From Verrucomicrobiota bacterium (lineage in GTDB: Bacteria > Verrucomicrobiota > Verrucomicrobiia > Limisphaerales > CANJSG01), in NCBI GenBank assembly GCA_038209745.1, contig JBBQXJ010000087.1, positions 1 through 19,620 of the forward strand: a stretch of DNA of 19,620 nucleotides. Direction: 5' to 3'. The notes under the pieces are model-generated. The model had not been told where the DNA came from, did not search any database, and worked only from the letters and a program-made list of their open reading frames with translations. Each line of letters begins with the position of its first letter. Position 1 is the first letter of the stretch. The translations under genes were made by a program, and so were the position numbers. Below are positions 16,776 through 19,620 of this stretch, piece by piece.

Positions 16776-17528
16776 ATGGTTCCATCGACTCCGTCCATCA
16801 GCGTGTCCGCCACAGCGGGCGGATACCGCTTGCGCCTGGCCGAGACTCCAGCCGACGTCCGCGCAGCACAGGTCCTCCGTTTTACCGTCTTCAACCTGGA
16901 ACTCCGAGAGGGTCTCGCGAGCGCCTATGACACCTGCCTGGATCAAGACCGCTTCGACGAAGTCTGCGACCACCTCCTCATCGAATGCGTGGACACGGGC
17001 TCGATCATCGGCACCTACCGGATGCAGACCGGCCCGCGCGCCGGCGGCGCCCTTGGCTACTACAGCGAGCAGGAATTCGACTTCGCCCCCTACGAAGCGC
17101 TCCGGCCCGAGATCGTCGAACTCGGCCGAGCCTGCATCCACGCCGACCACCGCAGCTTCTCCGTGCTGAATCTCCTCTGGAAAGGCATCGCCCGCTACGC
17201 CGCCCTCCACGGTGGCCGCTACCTGATCGGCTGCAGTTCCCTCACCTCGCAGGATCCGGCCGTGGCTCTCGCCGCCAGCCGCGATCTGGAGTCCCACTGG
17301 GTCGCACCCGATCTGAGAACCCTTCCCCGGCCCGAATACGCCTGCCCGGACGTGGAGCCGCAAGCGACATCGGTGAAGATTCCCCGCCTGCTCCGAGCCT
17401 ATCTTTCCGTCGGAGCCCGCATTTGCGGACCGCCCGCTCTGGACCGCGAATTCAAGACCATCGACTTCCTGACCCTGCTCGATCTTCGCTCTCTGCCCAC
17501 CCGCGCCCTCGGCCATTTCTTCGGCTGA
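16776..17528 (+). CDS. GNAT-fold N-acyltransferase, OlsB (ornithine N-acyltransferase)-like
   Basis: AAQVLRFTVFNLEL, DQDRFDEVCDHLL, IGTYRM, YYSEQEFD, VELGRACIH..HR, LLWKGI, YLIGCSS, IPRLLRAYL..GA.ICGPPALDREF.TIDF. Confidence 0.88.
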   Translation: MVPSTPSISVSATAGGYRLRLAETPADVRAAQVLRFTVFNLELREGLASAYDTCLDQDRFDEVCDHLLIECVDTGSIIGTYRMQTGPRAGGALGYYSEQEFDFAPYEALRPEIVELGRACIHADHRSFSVLNLLWKGIARYAALHGGRYLIGCSSLTSQDPAVALAASRDLESHWVAPDLRTLPRPEYACPDVEPQATSVKIPRLLRAYLSVGARICGPPALDREFKTIDFLTLLDLRSLPTRALGHFFG

Positions 17529-17625
17529 CCGCTTGCCAGCAACGGTTCCACCCACTGTCTACCCATGCCAGCAGCAATTGTCCGGGAGTAAGGATTATCG
17601 GGACTACGCAACCCATGCAGAAACA

Positions 17626-18237
17626 ATGACCTATCCAGCCCAATCAACCGACTGTTCCGCCTCGTCCGAATCCGATTCGGCCGCCAAGGCACCCGTTCCC
17701 CAGCTCGACGACGCCCGGCGCATCTTGGCCGGAGCCGACGCCGTCCTCGCCCAGGGCGCAGAACTGCTCTCCAGCATGTCCGCCGAGGCCTATGCCCGGA
17801 AATTGACCGTCGCCCACAACGCCTCCATTGGAGGCCATTTCCGGCACTGCCTAGACCATTTTTCCAGCCTCCTGACCGGCCTCGATTCCTCCTATATCGA
17901 CTACGACCACCGCAAACGTGATCCCCGGGTCGAGACCGATCCCGTCTTCGCCCTCGAACTGGCCCGCCAGATCCGCGCCAGCCTTGCCGCCCTCGTCCCC
18001 GATCGTTTGGACACATCCGTCACCGCCCGCTGCGAAGTCAGCTACGCCCACGGCCAATCCCCCGAGACCCGCTCGACCCTCGGCCGCGAAATCGGCTATT
18101 CCATCGCCCATGCCATCCATCACTACGCGCTCATCGCCGTGATGGCCCGAGTGATGGACGTACCCCTTCCCGCCCATTTTGGAATTGCCCCCTCGACCGT
18201 GGTCCACCTCCGCGAAACCGCCGCCGCGCAGCCTTAG
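17626..18237 (+). CDS. DinB-superfamily protein
   Basis: SIGGHFRHCLDHF, IDYDHRKRD..VETD, STLGRE......HAIHH.ALI, FGIAPST; His pattern fits a metal-binding triad; ATG at 17626. Confidence 0.85.
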   Translation: MTYPAQSTDCSASSESDSAAKAPVPQLDDARRILAGADAVLAQGAELLSSMSAEAYARKLTVAHNASIGGHFRHCLDHFSSLLTGLDSSYIDYDHRKRDPRVETDPVFALELARQIRASLAALVPDRLDTSVTARCEVSYAHGQSPETRSTLGREIGYSIAHAIHHYALIAVMARVMDVPLPAHFGIAPSTVVHLRETAAAQP

Positions 18238-18329
18238 CGGCGCATCGGAGTTCGCCTCCATCAGCCGGTTCTTAACCTGGAATCCGAGCACCCCGCGACG
18301 CCGTTGCGGAGCTTCCCGCCCAAAATCCC

Positions 18330-18357
18330 TTGTGCCCCCGTGGCCGGCTGCTACAAC
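18330..18357 (+). promoter_or_regulatory. Candidate promoter for a leaderless Lrp mRNA (TTGTGC-16-TACAAC, extended -10 TGn)
   Basis: TGCTACAAC ends 7 nt before ATG 18365; no Shine-Dalgarno site. Confidence 0.45.
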
Positions 18358-18364
18358 CGCGCCC

Positions 18365-18844
18365 ATGGATCCGCTCCTCAAATTGCTCCGTGACAACGCC
18401 TCCTTGAACACCTCCCAGATGGCCGCCCTGCTCGGGTCGACCGAGACGGAGGTCGCCGCCAAGATCAAGGACTACGAGGCGGACCAGATCATCCTCGGCT
18501 ATCGCACGCTGCTGAACGAAGAGAAGCTCGGCTTGGAACAGGTCAAGGCGGTCATCGAAGTGCGGATCACTCCGGAGCGAGATGGTGGCTTCAACCGCAT
18601 CGCCGAACGCATCGCCAAGTATTCCGAGGTCACCTCCTGCTACCTCATGTCCGGCGGCTACGATCTGCTCGTGATCATCGAAGGCCGGAACCTCCGCGAA
18701 GTCGCCTCCTTCGTCGCCGAGAAACTGGCGACCATCAACGGCGTCCTCTCCACCGCCACCCATTTCCTGCTCAAGCCCTACAAGGAAGCCGGCATCCTGA
18801 TGGAACGCGAGGTCAACGAAGGACGACTGGCGGTCTCGCCGTGA
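18365..18844 (+). CDS. Lrp/AsnC family transcriptional regulator
   Basis: N-terminal HTH, IILGY, AVIEVRITPER..GF..IAERI, YLMSGGYDL, STATHFLLKPYK; ATG at 18365. Confidence 0.93.
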   Translation: MDPLLKLLRDNASLNTSQMAALLGSTETEVAAKIKDYEADQIILGYRTLLNEEKLGLEQVKAVIEVRITPERDGGFNRIAERIAKYSEVTSCYLMSGGYDLLVIIEGRNLREVASFVAEKLATINGVLSTATHFLLKPYKEAGILMEREVNEGRLAVSP

Positions 18845-18872
18845 ACCGCCACTTTCCCGTCGCCAACCGGCA

Positions 18873-19268
18873 ATGAGCAAACGCCGCAGAATCCTTTCGA
18901 TCTGCGGCGTCTCGCTTCTTCTGCTCGCTGTGCCGGGGCTTCTGACCGAGCCAAGCTCGACCGCCGGCAGATAGGTCGCCAACCCCGGCATCGACGGCGA
19001 CTGCGACTTCTTCTGGGAGTTCTCGGAGGGCGCGGTCTCATTGGTCCACGAAGGAGGAAGAATCGAAAACTTCGGAACCTACGCTCGGACAGATTCCGGG
19101 TGGTCTTGGACGAATGACCATCACAAGGGCGCTCCGAGCCCCTTGGAATTCCGGTGTTCCTGATCGTGCCTTAGCTTTTACGACGGCTCAGGCCAACGGG
19201 TAGGCAGCATGCGACCACGCCTCATTCCCACGCTGACACCCTCGTGGGTCCCGGACTGGATCAAGTGA
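18873..19268 (+). pseudogene. Probable pseudogene of a small exported or membrane-anchored protein (two in-frame stops)
   Basis: Manual translation: MSKRRRILSICGVSLLLLAVPGLLTEPSSTAGR*VANPGIDGDCDFFWEFSEGAVSLVHEGGRIENFGTYARTDSGWSWTNDHHKGAPSPLEFRCS*SCLSFYDGSGQRVGSMRPRLIPTLTPSWVPDWIK*. TAG at 18972, TGA at 19161. Confidence 0.6.
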
Positions 19269-19459
19269 ACCCAGCCCCGAGGCTTTGCCCAAGTCGAACA
19301 CCGACCTGCACGGAATCCCGGAACCTTTCAGCGACCGAACATGAAAGTCTTGAAGCCCACCGGCGGCATCCTCCTGGCGACCTTCGGCGTCGCCTACTCT
19401 CATACCCTCTGGCTCAACTTTTCGGGGAGCACCCCAACTTGGATTCTCCTGACTGGCTG

Positions 19460-19620
19460 CTAACGCTTCAGCCGGAAGTAGCGGTTGCTGGAACCGGGCG
19501 CCGTTTGAAACCGCCATTCGCCGTTGGTCAGCACGGTCGGTTCGGGCGCGTTTTTCCAGGACGCGCCCAGAGTCTCGGTCGTTTCCACGGTCGCACCGTC
19601 GCCATGGGCCGGCCACACAA
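19460..19620 (-). CDS. 3' end of a probable secreted protein with a Verrucomicrobia-type C-terminal '...YFRL' domain (partial, runs off the window)
   Basis: Frame from 19618: VWPAHGDGATVETTETLGASWKNAPEPTVLTNGEWRFQTAPGSSNRYFRLKR*, stop TAG at 19462-19460. Not in the ORF track. Confidence 0.75.
   Translation of the reverse strand, partial: VWPAHGDGATVETTETLGASWKNAPEPTVLTNGEWRFQTAPGSSNRYFRLKR

Noticed and set aside
19188..19616. 142-aa minus-strand ORF in the track
   Set aside because: Wrong frame; the alternative frame ending YFRLKR* at 19460 is far more protein-like.

Overview
High-GC bacterial chromosomal window, probably Verrucomicrobiota. This is inferred from a PEP-CTERM protein, a Tat-exported Gfo/Idh/MocA protein, a C-terminal '...YFRL' secreted-protein tail and the near absence of Shine-Dalgarno sites. 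It holds about 24 genes, mostly housekeeping: class I fumarase/tartrate dehydratase beta subunit, yggS, EVE protein, DUF547, tsaE-tsaB, Nudix hydrolase, VOC/glyoxalase, clpP-clpX, DUF481 barrel, rsmA and an Lrp regulator. No rRNA, tRNA, CRISPR array, transposase or integrase was seen. The best leads are: (i) a co-oriented YHS(seleno-family)-DoxX-OlsB-like acyltransferase-DinB cassette of unknown function; (ii) a small NusG/RfaH paralog + PEP-CTERM + DUF218 islet; (iii) two unusual signalling proteins, a membrane sensor ending in an uncharacterised Cys/His module and a REC-metallo-beta-lactamase-fold fusion; (iv) a 132-codon gene missed by the ORF track that is broken by two in-frame stops; (v) a recurring -10-like TAC box 5-7 nt before start codons, suggesting leaderless mRNAs, with 7/14-bp tandem repeats upstream of two of them; (vi) a DUF547 protein lacking its family cysteines. 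All family assignments come from motif recognition by eye, without database searches.
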